Shown one piece after another: positions 63,751-64,000 of a DNA stretch of 64,000 nt. Positions within the stretch are counted from its first letter, which is position 1, and each line of letters starts with the position of its first letter. The notes under the pieces were generated by a model. The model ran no database searches. It saw nothing but the letters and a program-made list of their open reading frames with translations, and was not told the DNA's origin. The translations under genes and the position numbers were made by a program. The stretch covers positions 8,909,408 to 8,973,407 of the forward strand of contig CAVNZM010000009.1 in the NCBI GenBank assembly GCA_963693365.1, written 5' to 3'. The DNA comes from Amoebidium appalachense (lineage: Eukaryota > Protista > Ichthyosporea).

Positions 63751-64000
63751 GTTACCCTTTTTTGTCCTGATGCGGCATCAATCAAACGTTGCGTGGAAAA
63801 CCTGGCCACCTTCAGCTTTTTATGAATATCTCTAGCATTTGTTTTACTATTTAGACAGCTGAAGTAGATTTGTTTACACATTATGGACAGACCTCAGGAA
63901 ATCCTCAATTGATTTGATCATGTGTGTCATTACAAAACATGCCTGGGGTGAAGGCGACTTGGTTCTATAACCCTTTTCCTTTCTTGCAGGGGAGAGGGGA

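Overview
Eukaryotic (probably protist) genomic DNA, standard genetic code, GT-AG introns, saturated with poly-G/poly-C, (CA)n and (CT)n tracts. The first 10.3 kb is a nest of mobile elements. An old LINE remnant is split by a ~3-kb DIRS/PAT-type retroelement that encodes only RT-RNaseH-methyltransferase (no Gag or tyrosine recombinase visible). That element is itself interrupted by a young non-autonomous Ty3/gypsy-derived LTR element. A PIF/Harbinger MITE follows. Three spliced host genes come next: a pseudokinase-like gene (+, 11.5-15.6 kb), a BTB-BACK gene (-, 21.6-17.4 kb) and a ~36-kb Nup205/Nup192 nucleoporin gene (+, 24.6-60.4 kb). Most notable: (i) 13 copies of a 5'-truncated, probably Penelope-like retroelement that all end at poly(C) tracts and are all sense to the host gene; (ii) the pol-only split-repeat YR-type element; (iii) a LIM-like zinc-finger insertion in Nup205 paired with a candidate mutually exclusive duplicate exon; (iv) introns whose acceptors abut (CA)n and whose two halves are complementary. 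Family assignments come from motifs recognised by eye; no searches were run.
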